DNA of 59,628 nt, counting the filler, from Sluysia triapertura (lineage: Eukaryota): assembly GCA_046118255.1 (NCBI GenBank). It is 5 parts of 5 records of this genome, joined end to end, with 100 filler letters (N's around TTAATTAATTAA, not from the genome) between each part and the next. Parts side by side here need not be neighbours in the genome. Positions count along the whole stretch, not along the records: positions 37,201 to 48,192 come from JBJNIA010190452.1; positions 48,293 to 59,628 come from JBJNIA010185879.1; 3 more parts are not named here. One strand, given 5' to 3'. How positions within the stretch are numbered: position 1 is the first letter of the stretch; each line of letters starts with the position of its first letter. The translations under genes were made by a program, and so were the position numbers. Positions 39,828 to 54,463 of the stretch are shown here, piece by piece. The notes below the pieces were generated by a model that saw only the letters and a program-made list of their open reading frames with translations, did not search any database and was not told the origin of the DNA.

Positions 39828-41121
39828 CGTCTAACAATTTTATTTTATTATAGTCAATTATACTATTATGATTCTATGGCACTTTAGGCCTATGCCCAAC
39901 AAAGGTAGTAGCACGAAATAAGAATAAATCAAAAATAAAAAGAAATATATGTTAACTTGAAGATATTAACCAGCTTAATAATTGAAATGAAGTTTAATAA
40001 AGATTTTGTAGTAGTTTAAGTGAATTTTAGACATTGACACAATCAAGACAAAAACTTACTATACAGAAGTGGATGTTTTTGGAACGATTTTTAATTTACC
40101 AAGAAGTAACATTCACCAAAGTGTAATGAGTTCTATGCCGAATGTATTAGAGGATGTTCCAATTTACCAAGTAATAATAAACTGTAACAAAATTAGCAAA
40201 TACAAGAATACCATATACTTACGGCGTATACGATTAATTTAAGAATGATTATATTAGTACAAAAAGATATTACAATACAATACAATATATATATCTCAAA
40301 TCATATATAGTTTAAAAATAATCGTTGAAAAAATTTACATATTCACAATAATTTTTTATAGTTGGAGATTATTTAAATGTGAATCATTTATTTGTACTTT
40401 TATTTTGAAATTTCAAATGTCTGTGAATTATCCATTGATATAGATATATTTTATTAACTTATTTCAAATTATAAGTTAATTTCAATTAATTTATTTTAAG
40501 AATTTTGGAAAACATTCAAATGCATATTCAAATTTTTGTTATAAATTTTGTCATAACAAAGTTTACATTAATAAATTTTATTAACTTTTATTCGCAGCAA
40601 ACATTTGATATACGCAATGTCTTAGTGTGTATAAAAATGTTTATATTGGACAGTATATAAATTGACATAATATATTGGAAAAGAATTTTAGAAATTTAAT
40701 ATCATGTAATTAATTTTGTATGCTGACATTAAAAAGGATTTAACATATTTATCATAGCTATATTTTAATCTAATTTTTCTAAAGTTCTATGTTTATATAT
40801 GTTGAAATGTTTAAAACATTATGCTATAATTTAATCATTAAAAATTATACAAATATTTAATTAAAAATATAACTTTAAATTTTTTAATTATTTAAGCAAT
40901 AAATTGTGATGAAATAATTTTAATTCAACAAATTTACTATTAAACTATTATGCTATAAATATGGTATAAATCTGTAACTATAAAAACAGATGATCAAAAA
41001 GACTTCTTATCTGTCATTTTTGATAAAACTAATTGTAAATTATTTGTAACTAAATAAAATCTAGTGTTAATTTATTTACAGATTTGATTTTGGTAACCGA
41101 AATAATACCGTGTGTAATTAG

Positions 41122-41615
41122 ATGGATAATGATGAAAAAAGGAATTTAAATTCAAAATCAGAAAATAAAACCAAATCAGATCAATTCCGAGAAGTTGGTA
41201 AATTGATGATCGATTACATTAGTAATTATTGGACTACTTTGGATCAAAGATGTGTAGTTCCAAATGTTTTACCAGGATATTTGCCTCCACTATTACCGAA
41301 TCAGGCACCAGAAACACCGGATAACTGGACCGATATACTTGCCGATGTAGACAAGTTTATAATGCCTGGCGTTAGTTGAATTTACTGTTTAATGTTTTCA
41401 TTTTTCAAATACTACATTTTACTTTTTAAGTTATTTTATTTTTAAATAGTTTGTGTAATTATTTAATTTTTACTTTTTGATTTTCTGTAACAACAGACTG
41501 CATTCGAAAATATTTTTTAGATTTGATAAATCTTGAATATTCCTGTCCAATAGTAGGTTAGAGAACTTATGTATCCAAACAAAGTTGAAAGGGTTAGAGA
41601 AGATTAGATATAATC

Positions 41616-41674
<59 letters not shown>

Positions 41675-44600
41675 CAAAACATGAAATGTATAACAAGAAC
41701 TGGATCCAGAAAGTCAAAAACTCATCATGTAATGCTAGTACTTATTAATAAAAATGTTTTCTCAAATAAATTATCAAGAAAACAAAAATATATAATATTA
41801 AACAAAGGATTTGAAAATATTGTTCAATTTAGTAATTTTATTTTGATTCCGATAAAGTATTTTTGTATTTAAAAATAATAAATTGATAAGTTGATATATA
41901 TTTTATTATCTGACGTTGGCTTAATATTTACCGTTCCTTTTTGTTGGAAAATTAAAGAAATCATTGTAAGTTCTAAAAAATATTACAAATTTTTTAAAAT
42001 TAATTTTGTTGATAATGGAAATGGTAAGAAATTCGCACTATTATAAACAATGAGTTCTTATGTGAAACTACGTTGTTGCAGACCGCACGAAACATTAATA
42101 GTGCATTTCATTGAACTACATCAACATCAAATTTGTATAGGTGAGTATGACCTCAGAAGTAAGGCACGCAAGCACCGAGAATCAAAGTCAATAATGACAA
42201 GCAAAGTGTCACCGTTGAGTATGATCCACTCAGAGTGCATATGAATTATCGTTGTTGTTTGGTATTAGAAAACAAGCAATATTAATTCACTTAGCTCCAA
42301 TCGGTAAAATGAAAAGTTAGATAAGTGGGTTCCACATGAACAAAATGACAAAGAAAAACAAAAGCATTTAGAAGCTTGCTTGATGTTGCTTTCTGGTTGC
42401 AAAACTAATTCATTTTTGAATTGACTTGTCATTTAGGATGAAAAATGGATCCAATATGACAATCGCAAACATTCACTAAAACGCATACGAAAGAAACGGA
42501 TAGTGAGTGTTTGGTGGTGTGATCTGGCTCGTCGATCGCAGCAGAAATATACTTCAAAAACTTATAGAAAAACAGCCTAGATTGGTCAACAAATTGACTC
42601 TTATCTTAATATATGATAACGCTGGACTATACACTGTAGCAAAATGTCAGGAATTTGAACTTCTTGATCATACTCCAACTGACTATCACTTCTTCGCAAT
42701 TTGGACAACTTTTTAATAGGAAGACAATTCAATTCCAACAATGTTTTAAAACTTCCTTTCCAGCAATTCATTGATTCTTGTCCACTATGGTTTTATACCA
42801 CCGACATGAACAACCTGATACTTAAATGACAAAAGTGTATAGACAGTATTTTGTAAATTATCAACCAACGTTGTCTCTTTTCTACATATTTCATCCTTGA
42901 CGATCACGATAGTTTTACGGTAATAATGATAATCTCGTAATAATGATAATATTTATTAAGAAATATTACTAATAATAATAATAAAGTTGGGATAGAAGAT
43001 GGAAAACACATGAGATTACAAGTGTACGAAAAATTAATGCAAACGATGAATAGAAACAATTAATTACTGCTGGAGTAAGGATGATGAAGATAGAAATAAT
43101 TATAGTTGTGTTGAGAGCTGAAGAATACCTTAGAGTTTCAAAGACCTATCTAAGATGGACTTGGAACTTGTGAACCTTAAGATCACCCGAGATCTTATTA
43201 AGCTTTAAGTATTCTTGAAACCTTGATTAGCATCTAAGATTTTCAAGTAATCTTATGCATTTAAAATCTTTAAAAGTATTTGAGATATAAAATCATTCTT
43301 ATTGGTATTAGAAATAGGTCTAATGTGGTGAGAATTAACATAAAGAAATAGAAAAAGGAATCCGAAAGGTGAAAGTGAAAACATCTATTGTTTTAAAATA
43401 ATTGTTATTTTTTGCTTTTTGGCGTTGAGCGGCTTGCCTATTAAATATATATCCGTATTTGAAGGATTAAACAAAATACTTCATAAAATTTTTGTTATTG
43501 TATTATTAACTAATTTTATAACTAATTTTTTTAACTAATTAAATTTGTTACACATTGTGTTTAATATATTGAAGAAAAATATAACGCTCTCAGAAATAAT
43601 TTAATGAATTTATCATTAATTCTATTAAATATTCCAAATATGTATCATTGTTTGGACGATAATATGATGTTGTTATTATTATTATTAATATAAAATTGTA
43701 ATTAATTTTCTTAATTTATTTATGTATAATTAGCAAATTCTTATTATTGTTATTTATTTGCTCATTAAAATTTAATTCTTTTAAATTATTATAAATTTCT
43801 TTATAAAACAGATTTATTAAAGAATTTCTAAAAATTTATTTAATAAAACATCTAATTGAACGTCAAGATTAATGTTATAAAAAGTTATAGTTAGGAATAT
43901 TATTCTCAAATGGTTTATATTTTGATCTCCTATAATTTTCTGGAAACATTTAAACCTAAATAAAAACAAAAGTTATAATCATAGGTCAAATTCACATTAA
44001 TAGTTAATTTTACTTTTAGATCCGTATCGTCCATTAGAACACTTAGTTGATATTTGTCTTCAACATTGCTCTGGTAATGTTGATCATAGAATTCAATTGA
44101 GATTGATTGATTTGGATGGAATTTACTAACTTGTTGATTGGTTCAAGATGGTGATTGAAACTGTTTGCACTTAAGGAACGTAAACATAGTTCTGGAACAT
44201 TGTGGCTATGTGGACATGAAGAACCAAATCTAATGCATATACCGAATTGATCTCCATGGGACGGGCATAGAGCTGTTTTGTTACTTGTATAAAATTCACT
44301 ATTGTGGAGAATTTTCAATATATATAGGATGACATATTCGTAGGATACATGTGGTTGTCCGTTGGACTAGAATTATGTTGATTTATCGAAATTAGAACGC
44401 ATTATCTTTGACCGCATTTAGTGGATATACCATAAAATTCTTCTGACAGTTTACGCACTGTAGGAAATTGGTATATAAAATTAATGAAGATATTAAATAA
44501 ATCGTTGATGTTACTCGTAAAATAATAATTAATCTTGATATCTTAACTTTAATAAACATATTTTCTTCAGGTTTTATTTTAACTAAACGTTTAGTATCTT

Positions 44601-47364
44601 TCTTTGTTTTCATAAACATAATTCTTAAAGTAGCATTTAGAAAACAAACTATAACAATGTGACCAGCTTCATACTTTCTTATGTCACAAGTATCGGACAA
44701 ATTTACATCTTTAGATCTTTTTTAATGAATCTTGTAGTTGAATTAAAGAAATAAAATAATTTTGGATCAAGCATTCATTGTGATACTTTACTTTCAAATT
44801 TGAAGATCTTTTTAGATTTATTAGAAAATCACATTATATTAATTTTGTTACTAATTCTACATCTTTAAATTGATAAATTCTATGGTCAGTATGAGCTTGT
44901 ATAATTTGTTTATATGGGTTATCATTGCATCTTTCTACTAAAGATGATAATACACTGTTGATTCTAACATCAATCAATGAAGAAGTCGAAAGCATTTTTT
45001 AAAATTAATTTTTTGGCTGCTAAAATTTTTTAATTTATTAATTTCTATTGAGTCTTCTAACATTTTTATTTATCGCTTAAAATTTTTAGCTAATTGTCGA
45101 TTTGATGAGCCAATAATTTTTTCACTGATGATATCACAATGACACCATACGATTGTTATTGAATGGCCGTTACGATTTATTTTGAACTGACAAAATTTAC
45201 GATTGATAGCGACTGTCAGTAATGGCAACAAATAACTTAATTAAAAGACTGTCATTAGTGAAAGTACAAATGATGTTAGTAACAAAGAATAATGAGACTA
45301 ATAATAATTGATTAATAATAGTAGTGTAATTACTAATAATGGTAATAATAATGCTAAAAATACTAAAAATAATAAAATTGGAAATAAATAAATAATAATA
45401 TAAAGTAGATACTAAAATAAATAATAATAAATAATATAAATCTAAAACACATAAATAATTCTTTCTTAAAATTAAAATACATAAAAATTCTTTTAAATTT
45501 CACATTTGTTTTACATAAAAATCTTTAAATTCTTTCTTCACCTTTTTATAAAAAGGATATGTAATAGAAATTGATAAAATAATGTCTAAAGTAGATGATA
45601 ACGTAATTAAAGATGTTAAAGAAATTCCATTTTGATTTATAATGATGTTTTACAATAACTTTAAAATGCAATTTTAATGTTTTTCAATAATATTAATGAT
45701 GTGAATGTTGTAAAATTATGAATTTGAAATGTTTTAAATTAACTTTGAAATATACATTTGGTGATTTTCGATGTTGATTATGATTTTAATGTTATGAAAT
45801 TGTGAACTTAAAATGTTTTAAAGTGTCTAAAATTTTAATGAATCTGAAGGTGAAATGTGAAATTCAATATGGCATGTTAAATTTAAAATTTCGAATGAAA
45901 ATGTTGGCCACCACACATTGATAATGTTTAAAATTTTGAAAGGTTTTTTAATTGTGCATAATTTTAATAAAATTTCTTATAACTAAACTTAACACTGTTT
46001 TTATTTTATAGTTTCCCATAATGATTTAACATTTTTTATTATAATTAGATTACTCATTGGCAACATTCACACTTTCATGCTTATTTTCCAGCAGCCAATT
46101 CAGTACCATCTATACTTGGTGACATGTTATCAGGAGCTATTGGATGCATTGGATTTTCATGGGTACGATTTTATTCGTTTATTAGATTGTGCTGATATTT
46201 TGATTTGTATTATTCCAAGTCATAATATAATGAAGTCTGAATTTTTTTTATTTGGAAAATGAAATAAATCTTATTTCTATAATTTGAAATTTGTATTGGT
46301 TAAAAATTTCAACATTAAGATTAATTAGAAATAATTTTAAGAAATAATTTTAGAATAGTGCCGATATTGATAGTAAATAAAGTTTAGAATAAACATTGCT
46401 AACGAATCCGTTGATAAGTACAGTTACTTAAATTTAAATTCGTAAACCAATCAAATTGTGTCGTTTATACAAATGACAGTTTACATTATGTAGTAAGACG
46501 TAATCATAATATTTAAAATTGATTAATTTTGAGTAAAATGTAAGTAAATAGTAAAACATAAATAGTAAATTTATTACATTTTAAGTAATTTAAAAAAGAT
46601 TAATTAAAAAAACTTAAAATTATTAGTATAAAAAATATATATATTTTGCAATTTCTCATATTTACATAGACGTTCTCACAATCTAAGACTATTTAAGTTG
46701 TTAAAACAATTTGAAATTTTTATTTTTTGTCAAAAGATACAAGACAACAATGAAACATTTTTATTGTCTGTTACGCAGCGTTGTAATGAATTTTTAACGA
46801 ATTACGAATCATCACTCCAATTAATTCTATAAATCACACTAGGTTCATTATTAGAAAATGTGTGCTACGTATGAAAATGTTATTAATTGTTAATCATCAA
46901 TTAATAATTTTGATTAATAACTGTCGTAATAAAATTTTAAATTTCACACTATTTATAAAGTGATTAAAATAAGAGAAATTTTGCATATGCTTTAAGAAAT
47001 GAAAATAATCAATAATAGATATCGTAAATGGACATTTTTTGTCACATGAAACTTTTTAATTCAGGTAGCTAGTCCAGCTTGTACAGAATTAGAACAAGTA
47101 ATGATGGATTGGTTGGCAAAAATGATGAATTTACCGAAAGAATTTTACCATTTCGAAAATCGAGGTGGTGGTGGTGTTATCCAAGGTTCTGCCAGTGATT
47201 GTATACTAGTAACTATGTTAGCAGCTAGGCATCGTACAATTTGCAAAGAAAAAATACTGATTGATAAAGAAAATCCGAAAACAGCGCAAGTTCCACGAAT
47301 TATTCATGCAAATTCATCTGAAAATCGAATATTGGAACGATTAATAGGATATTGTTCAGTTTTA
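41122..47364 (+). CDS. Tdc: Group II PLP-dependent aromatic amino-acid decarboxylase, tyrosine decarboxylase-like, 5' part (exons 41122-41370, 46049-46162, 47065-47364); the rest is lost at the contig end
   Basis: [13 protein letters not shown]...[25 protein letters not shown] | [38 protein letters not shown] | [39 protein letters not shown]. Phase-0 GT-AG joins. THWQH favours TDC over DDC (THWHSP) or HDC (THWQSP). Confidence 0.85.
41613..41672 (+). repeat. (AAT)n microsatellite
   Basis: Direct observation. Confidence 0.95.
41990..42860 (+). mobile_element. Decayed mariner transposon in decarboxylase intron 1
   Basis: KWVPHE (~42323), [11 protein letters not shown] (first D), YDNA (second D) and HTPTDYHFF (SPDLAPSDY-like). 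Confidence 0.85.
43850..45915 (-). mobile_element. TGTGGTGGCCAAC-family element, copy C, carrying a decayed CCCH zinc-finger gene, antisense in decarboxylase intron 1
   Basis: Terminus at 45915 with a leader homologous to 8927+, a TTA-rich tract, CTGTCA motifs at ~45210-45255, ORF fragments ~45000 to 44040, finger [28 protein letters not shown] (C to H at 44267-44202), and intron 44013-43956. The left boundary is uncertain. Confidence 0.65.
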
Positions 47365-48192
47365 GTGAGTTTTGAATTTTATGTTTAAAAATTATAAACT
47401 TAAATTAAAATTGATTATGATAATATGTCTAAACATTTTATAGCTACTACATTATTTTGTAATTAGAAATAATTTCATTTTTGTTTAAATTGCACTATTA
47501 TTTAACATTTATATCCGACGAAATATTTTATCATTTTTACTAATTATTTTATTATAATAATACAGTTATAGTAATATTATTTTAATAATAATAATACTCA
47601 CTTTAACTTTTGCAATTATATTATGCTGAAAAAATAAAATAAATGAAATTTGGCCGAAGAAAATATTTATCGAAAGTTTTAAGTTATTTTAAGTCATTTA
47701 AAATATTTATTGTAAAGAACAATGTAAATTGTAAAACTAAAGAATGCCAATTAATATAAAAGCCAAATGATGTCAAAAAGGTTTTTAAATTACAAATAGT
47801 AATAAATAAAATGCAAGATAATGAAGAAAATTGGTACTTATCGATTTTTTGCTAAAAATGTGTTATTAATATCAACATCGTGAAAAGATTTTGTTAACTA
47901 TGTACACTGATTTTGCTTAGAATGACGTGATTAAGTTACTGGAAGAAAGATTAGAATTCCTGATAAAGGTATAAATGTTTGGAAGAGTTTAATTTTTAAT
48001 AGATAATTAAACTATTTGTATTTTAAATGTTTACAAGAAAACACATACATGATTGGCTTTTACTTATTTGGCACAATATCAAAAATGCTTGGTTTAATTT
48101 AATTTTCTTCGATGTCTTTAACACTAGATTTACCAGGAATTTTCCATACCTATTTATACCTATTTTTTTAATATTATTTAATTAACAAAAAA

Positions 48193-48292
48193 NNNNNNNN
48201 NNNNNNNNNNNNNNNNNNNNNNNNNNNNNNNNNNNNTTAATTAATTAANNNNNNNNNNNNNNNNNNNNNNNNNNNNNNNNNNNNNNNNNNNN
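48193..48292. other. Assembly gap with artificial linker
   Basis: N44-TTAATTAATTAA-N44. Confidence 0.98.
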
Positions 48293-49528
48293 GTAGTATA
48301 GAAGTACTTGACCACCTGTAGTACTTTTATTTTTAGATGTTAATAAATGAATTAAAAATTTAATTAATTAATTTAATTAATATTCGTGTACCTATCCTGG
48401 TATTGTTTGTAAATACACGGGCCGCCACTTTGACAGCACTGCACTAGAGTAAGATTTTCTATTGAAATAATATGTTTTCGAACATCCTTTACTATCCACT
48501 TTGTAAATTCATAATTTATTTCAATTTCACTCATCTTTAATTTGTTTTGATGCACTGTTTTTGCTTTATGTAAAAATATTACGCTTATTAAGCTACTAAT
48601 TTATGATTATTATGTGCATGATAAATTGTTTTCGTATTTTCTATTTTCTCACAGCAAAAACTTTCACACATTTCAATTCTAACTTCTTTATTATCATTAA
48701 TTATTACGGAAGGTGAAAAATAGTTGCAAAAAGTGTCTACAGATTCTTTTTTATTTATTGGGATATGACATGAAAATAAGCGAAAGTATAAACTGATATC
48801 TATTATCAGAAATTATATTAGAAGTTTGGCCAACATTAATCAATATCAAAGGTATAATTTTGTTTCCCGACAAGGCAAAACATAATCTTGAAAATTCACG
48901 CTGAATTTAATTAAATAATTCTGTCTAACTCAATCGATGTAATACTTCTTAGAAGATAGAAACAGATGATATAAAACTGATGTTGGCCAAATATTTCGGC
49001 TCCAAATCGATAGATCCTTGTAGCAGTGAAATGAAAAATGTAAAATCATTTTCGACAGATGTATCATCTTTGATCCAAATGTTTGAAAGTGTGGTACTCA
49101 TTTGGCACTATACATCTGGCGATTATGAAAGATGTAATCATGATTCACATAGAGATTGATTGTGCTTTATATAATGGGGGCATTTCTATTAAGTTATGCT
49201 ACCTTTTTACATATGTTTTCATTGTTAACTGTAATCAAAATGCATATTTTGTTTAAGATTCCTTAGTAAAATCATACATAACAAAAATTCAATAAACATT
49301 AAAAATGTGATCGATCTAAATAAATTATTTAAAAATTTATTTAATTAATGTAGATTTGTAAAATAAATAAGACTTTTTGTGTTAATTGAAATTTATAAAC
49401 TTTTAATTTTTATCATTTCTGAGCTTTAAAAAGTCATATATTTTTGAGTAACATTTATTACAAAGTAAAACGAAAATATAAATAAGCATTATATTATTAT
49501 TATTATTATCATTATTATTATTATTTAG

Positions 49529-52500
49529 TACAAAATGGACCCTAACTGTCTCCACATTTGGCCACGAAATGAATTTATGTTAATAGGTTTAGCAAATCCT
49601 AAAGGATCATTTACAGGTACACTGTTCATGCCAATGAAGATATTTTCTCAAATTCAAACTGAAAAAGACATTCTCCACTTTTTTAAAACTCATTTTCCTG
49701 ATGCTGTAGAGATGATAGGGGAGTAAGTTAATTAAATAAATATTAATTAATTAATTAAATATAGATAAGTTAATTAAATATAAGTTTATTATATTGGAAT
49801 TATGATTATTATATAATTATTATATATAAAAACTTTTCAACCAACTTTAATAACTTAATAAATGTTACAACTTTAGCAAACCTTTTTCTATGTAGTTTGA
49901 ACGTATGGTTTTTTTAATCTTGATTTGTGCAATTTCTGCAAAATTTTGAAGATTTTATGCATTTGGCTTTAGTTTTGCATAAGCATAACATTATATATGA
50001 AACAAAATGAATAAACTAATTTAGTATTGATACAATTTATTTGATACAAACTAAACTATTTACAGATAAAGGATATATTTGAAAATTCTTGCCATCTTGT
50101 ACATTTCTGCTATTAGAAGATTATTATCAATATTATTATTTTTATTTTTATTATTGTTTTTGTTGTAAAATTTGTAACTTAGAATCTAAAATCTTAGTTT
50201 CTAATGAATTCCTTTAATTGTTCTTAAAATTTTCTTATTTATAGATCTGAAATTTATAGTTTCAGGCTTTATCGTAACTTTTCTAGCGATACTTAATTTC
50301 AAGCTTTAATTTTATATCTCTTTGTATGTTCTTTAATTCTTTCTATAAAAATTACTAATTGCTTAACTTTTAATTATTTAAAACTTTGAACAACTCTTTA
50401 TTTAATTCGTTTACTTTCTTAATTAAAATTAAATTTTCTTTATGACTTTTAAATGATTTTTCTCTTAATATTTCTCTTAGAAATTTAATTTAGAGATTGA
50501 GTTCAATACTCGTCTCTGTTCTGAAAGATGGAAGTGCTAAGCAAGATTTCTATTGACTATTATTTTCAATCCTAAAAGAAATCTTGCACTACATAGATTT
50601 CGGCACACTGATTCCGAATGCGCCAAACGTTCTCATGTTTTAAGGGTCTGCAAATGTTTGAAAGTTTGAACGCAAATATCTCGCAAACCACTTAGAATTT
50701 TTCAATTCTGATTTCACATTTGAATTCAGCATTAAAAAGTCTGTAAAATGTCTTATCTCACAACAAGTGACTTATTACGAATTAGATACTTTTGATATAA
50801 CATAATGTAATTCTCCAATATAATTGGTACAATATAAATTTCACGACTAACATTGTAATTACGTGCTTCCTAAAATTTTGATGCGTAACAAACAGGCTAT
50901 TGAGCCCGGAAGTAAAAAAATACATGTGATTTTTTATTTAATTAAAATTGTTTTTCAGCCTGATTTTTCTTTTGTCTGCAAATACCTACCGACTTTCATC
51001 ATCTTCATCATCATCAACAATAACAAAGGCGTTTGAGATGAGTTAAAAATTTTTATTATCTATCACTATGGTAATAAATAGCTATTTAATGAAATAAGCA
51101 TATTTTCTCCATGTTTATTTCTCTTCTCATTCGTATATTTGTTAGGGCTACTCCCTGAAATGCGCGATTTCCTAGCTAATTACTCTCGTCATTGGAATCC
51201 TCTCAGATAGCCAAATTCAAACACACAAACAATACGTGAAGTGGTATTTTAATAAGTGGGTTACAATGGGGCTGATATTTGATTATTTATACTGTTATAG
51301 TCAGTATATATGTAGGAATTTTAATATTAATTTTTCATTTATTGTTATGTATATTATGAGTCATAAAGGTAATCGTAAAATTCATTATATTTGGAGAATT
51401 ATATTATGTTATATAAAAATTCCCTAATTCGTAAAAAGCTTATTCAGTTGTTGTGAGATATGGTAATTTACAATTTTCTAAATTTTATTAGCTATCAAAT
51501 AGACCATCAAGCCGGAACAATCATCAACTGACTAAGTTTCAGTAGTAATCTAAGAATAAATTAATGTTTGTTTTAAGACGATTTAACTTACTAAATTAAT
51601 TAAAAATTTCGTCATATTTTTTAATAATCTCTCTTAGATTTATTTTTAATAATTATATTATTATTTATATTAATTATAAAAATCTCAAAAATACATTTTT
51701 GAATGAGCAAAATTTTAATTTGTTCAAATTGTATATACCATCAAAAAGTTTGTAATAGAAATAATTCAAAAACAGACCTGTATCAATAATATAGTTATTA
51801 AGATAATCAAAATAATAGTTCATACTTTAAAATAATATATTGTATTATGAAGATAATGATCGCCATTTATTTCTAAATAGTGCACTCTGACAGTGGAACA
51901 AAATATTCTGTGTATTTAAATATGTTTGATAGATAAATCTTTAAATCTTTTCAAAATAATCCAAGACTGTAATTTATGAACAGTTGCATATGTTCAGACG
52001 AATATTATTAGTCGAATTTGAGTTTAAAACTTATGACAATTTTGACAAATGACATATCAAATTATGAAAATTTTTACAAATTTCTTTAATTCATTATCTG
52101 CCAATGTCCTATTTTTGGGACAAAAATTTTCAAATATCTTTTCTTTTAACAATTACAACTCCTAAATAACATGCAAAGATTAAAATAATGATATCTTATG
52201 ATGTGCTGCAAAAACGTATTAAAACCATAAGAATTATGATAAAATTGTTCTAGTAATTAGTAAGAATATCATTATACAGTCAATTCAACTGTAATAATTT
52301 AAAATAATTTATTTTATGAAATAGTATTAATGTGATTATGAGTTGATTGTTTTTAGAAGATTTTATTTGATTTTTAAAACTTGGTAGTACAAAATTACTT
52401 TTTATTAAATTTAAGCAAAATGATAAAATTTGAAGTTTATAAACAGTAAATGAGAATCTGTAAATATATAACATAATATTTATTAAATCTGTATATATTG

Positions 52501-54410
52501 TTTTCTGACGGCCACGTTTCACTATCTGAAAAAGAATCAAAAGTCAAGTTATCTTTAATGTAAAATCGTAAAAAAATATTTACCCTATTATTACCATTAG
52601 AACTAATGTTATCAAGTATCTCTGGAGTTGGTACGCCGATGCTTACGAATAAATCTGCGAGTCTAACGAGATGATCTGTACGGAATGAACAGTTGACTAA
52701 ATCTTTAAAATCGGTTGAAGTAAATTTATTAGTCCTGGGAGGTATGATAAAAATAGTACCAATGTCAATTTTATACAGATTCTTTTTAATCAACTCGTTT
52801 TTTAAATTCATTTGCATTACGAAACGACAAAAAACGTACATAAATAGTATCCTACAGTATAAAACTAAATTCTCGTTTAGCAAAATTCTCCTCATAATTT
52901 TTAGATAACCATTTAAAAAGATAATTGATATTGAAATACATTAACATAAATATTTCTTAAATTTTCTTTAAATTCTAATATAACAAAATTATATTTAATG
53001 TTTTTTAAGAATATTTTTGATTAAATTGAAACAATAATTGTCAATAATTAGTTTTTCTCTTTTCTATTCTTTTTTTGTACTCTATTAAAATAATCACTAT
53101 ATTTTACATAAATTTGATGTTAACTCCTTTACATTTCAGTGGCTGCCCAATCAAAACACAAATAGTAAACAACATGAATTGCTCCAATTGGGCGGTCAGT
53201 AAAATGTTGGATAATACTAAAACTTTGTTCAAGTTGTAACACAACCACTATCAATAGTGACATTACTGTATATATAAATTAAAAGTGTCATCATTGATAG
53301 TGGTAGCTACAAAGTTTATAATTCAATTAAAATGTTCAACAATGCACAATCAGGTGATGATAAAAATAATAATGACAATAATTTTATTATTATTAAACCA
53401 AAATACATAAATCTTTGTCTTTCTATGTACACAATCTTCCTTTAATAAATTTCTTTTTTCGGAACATATTTAATAAAATCGTTTAACTTAATATCTTTAA
53501 ATGAAATTGTTTTGGATTAGTTTGGTGTATATTTGATAGTTTAAGATGTAAATTGTAGTTCTAATGTTGTCAGGTTATGAGTTAAAATGTTCTAAACGCA
53601 ATTTGAATGTTTATTATATTTGAATAGTTTTTTTTGAATGGTTTTTATACAAGATTGTGAATTTAAAATGTATTGAAAAGAGAGTGGTTTATTTGATGTG
53701 AAGAAAATAAATTATAGCCTAGGTTTGGTACATTCTAAAAAGGTAATTTTGCGATATTGAAAAATATGATTTTGAATATGTTGGTGTGGAACTATGTATA
53801 TATAATGAGTTTTAAAATGTACATTGTAGATTTTGAAGGTGAATTTGATTTTTGTTGTGTTCAAAAGAAAAATTTTTAATAAAATTTGTTAAAAGTAATG
53901 GGTTGGCCACCACATCAACTTTATTGCATTTTTGAATTGCGGCTAAATATGAACTGAGTTCTTCAAATTAACCCTTTGAGTGCCAACAAGCGCGATCGCG
54001 CTCCTCGGTTCGTTATTTATAAAATTTATTTTATGATTTTGTAATACTTTTAGTAATAAAATGCTTAGAAAATTATTTTTTTAATTTTCATTTTTGTGTA
54101 GCATCCTGGCACTTTTAGATAATTCTCTAAAAATCATGTTGGCACTCAAAGGGTTAAGCATAATGATAAAATCTGCGTATCGAAAGAAGACCTGTTGAAT
54201 TATCAAACTTAAATTTAAAATTTTATACTTGGAATAAATTATTATACACTCACTCATCTTATGCGAGTGTTTTTTCGCCAAATTCTCACCACAAAGCGAA
54301 CAATCTTTTGCAATTCGAGCACAAGTAAATCTTTAATAAATTTTTAATAAATCTTTTAGTTTTGTTTTGAAAAATAACTACTTTATTCATTTTAAATAGT
54401 TTTTCCCTCT

Positions 54411-54463
<53 letters not shown>

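Noticed and set aside
41470-41872. ORFs with poly-Ile, and ORF 5..202 with poly-Asn
   Set aside because: These are translations of (AAT)n microsatellites.
46077-46262. ORF 46077..46262, and antisense ORFs 4377..4559, 14884..15081 and 52693..52908
   Set aside because: Wrong-frame or antisense shadows of the real exon, gene or TE coding sequence.
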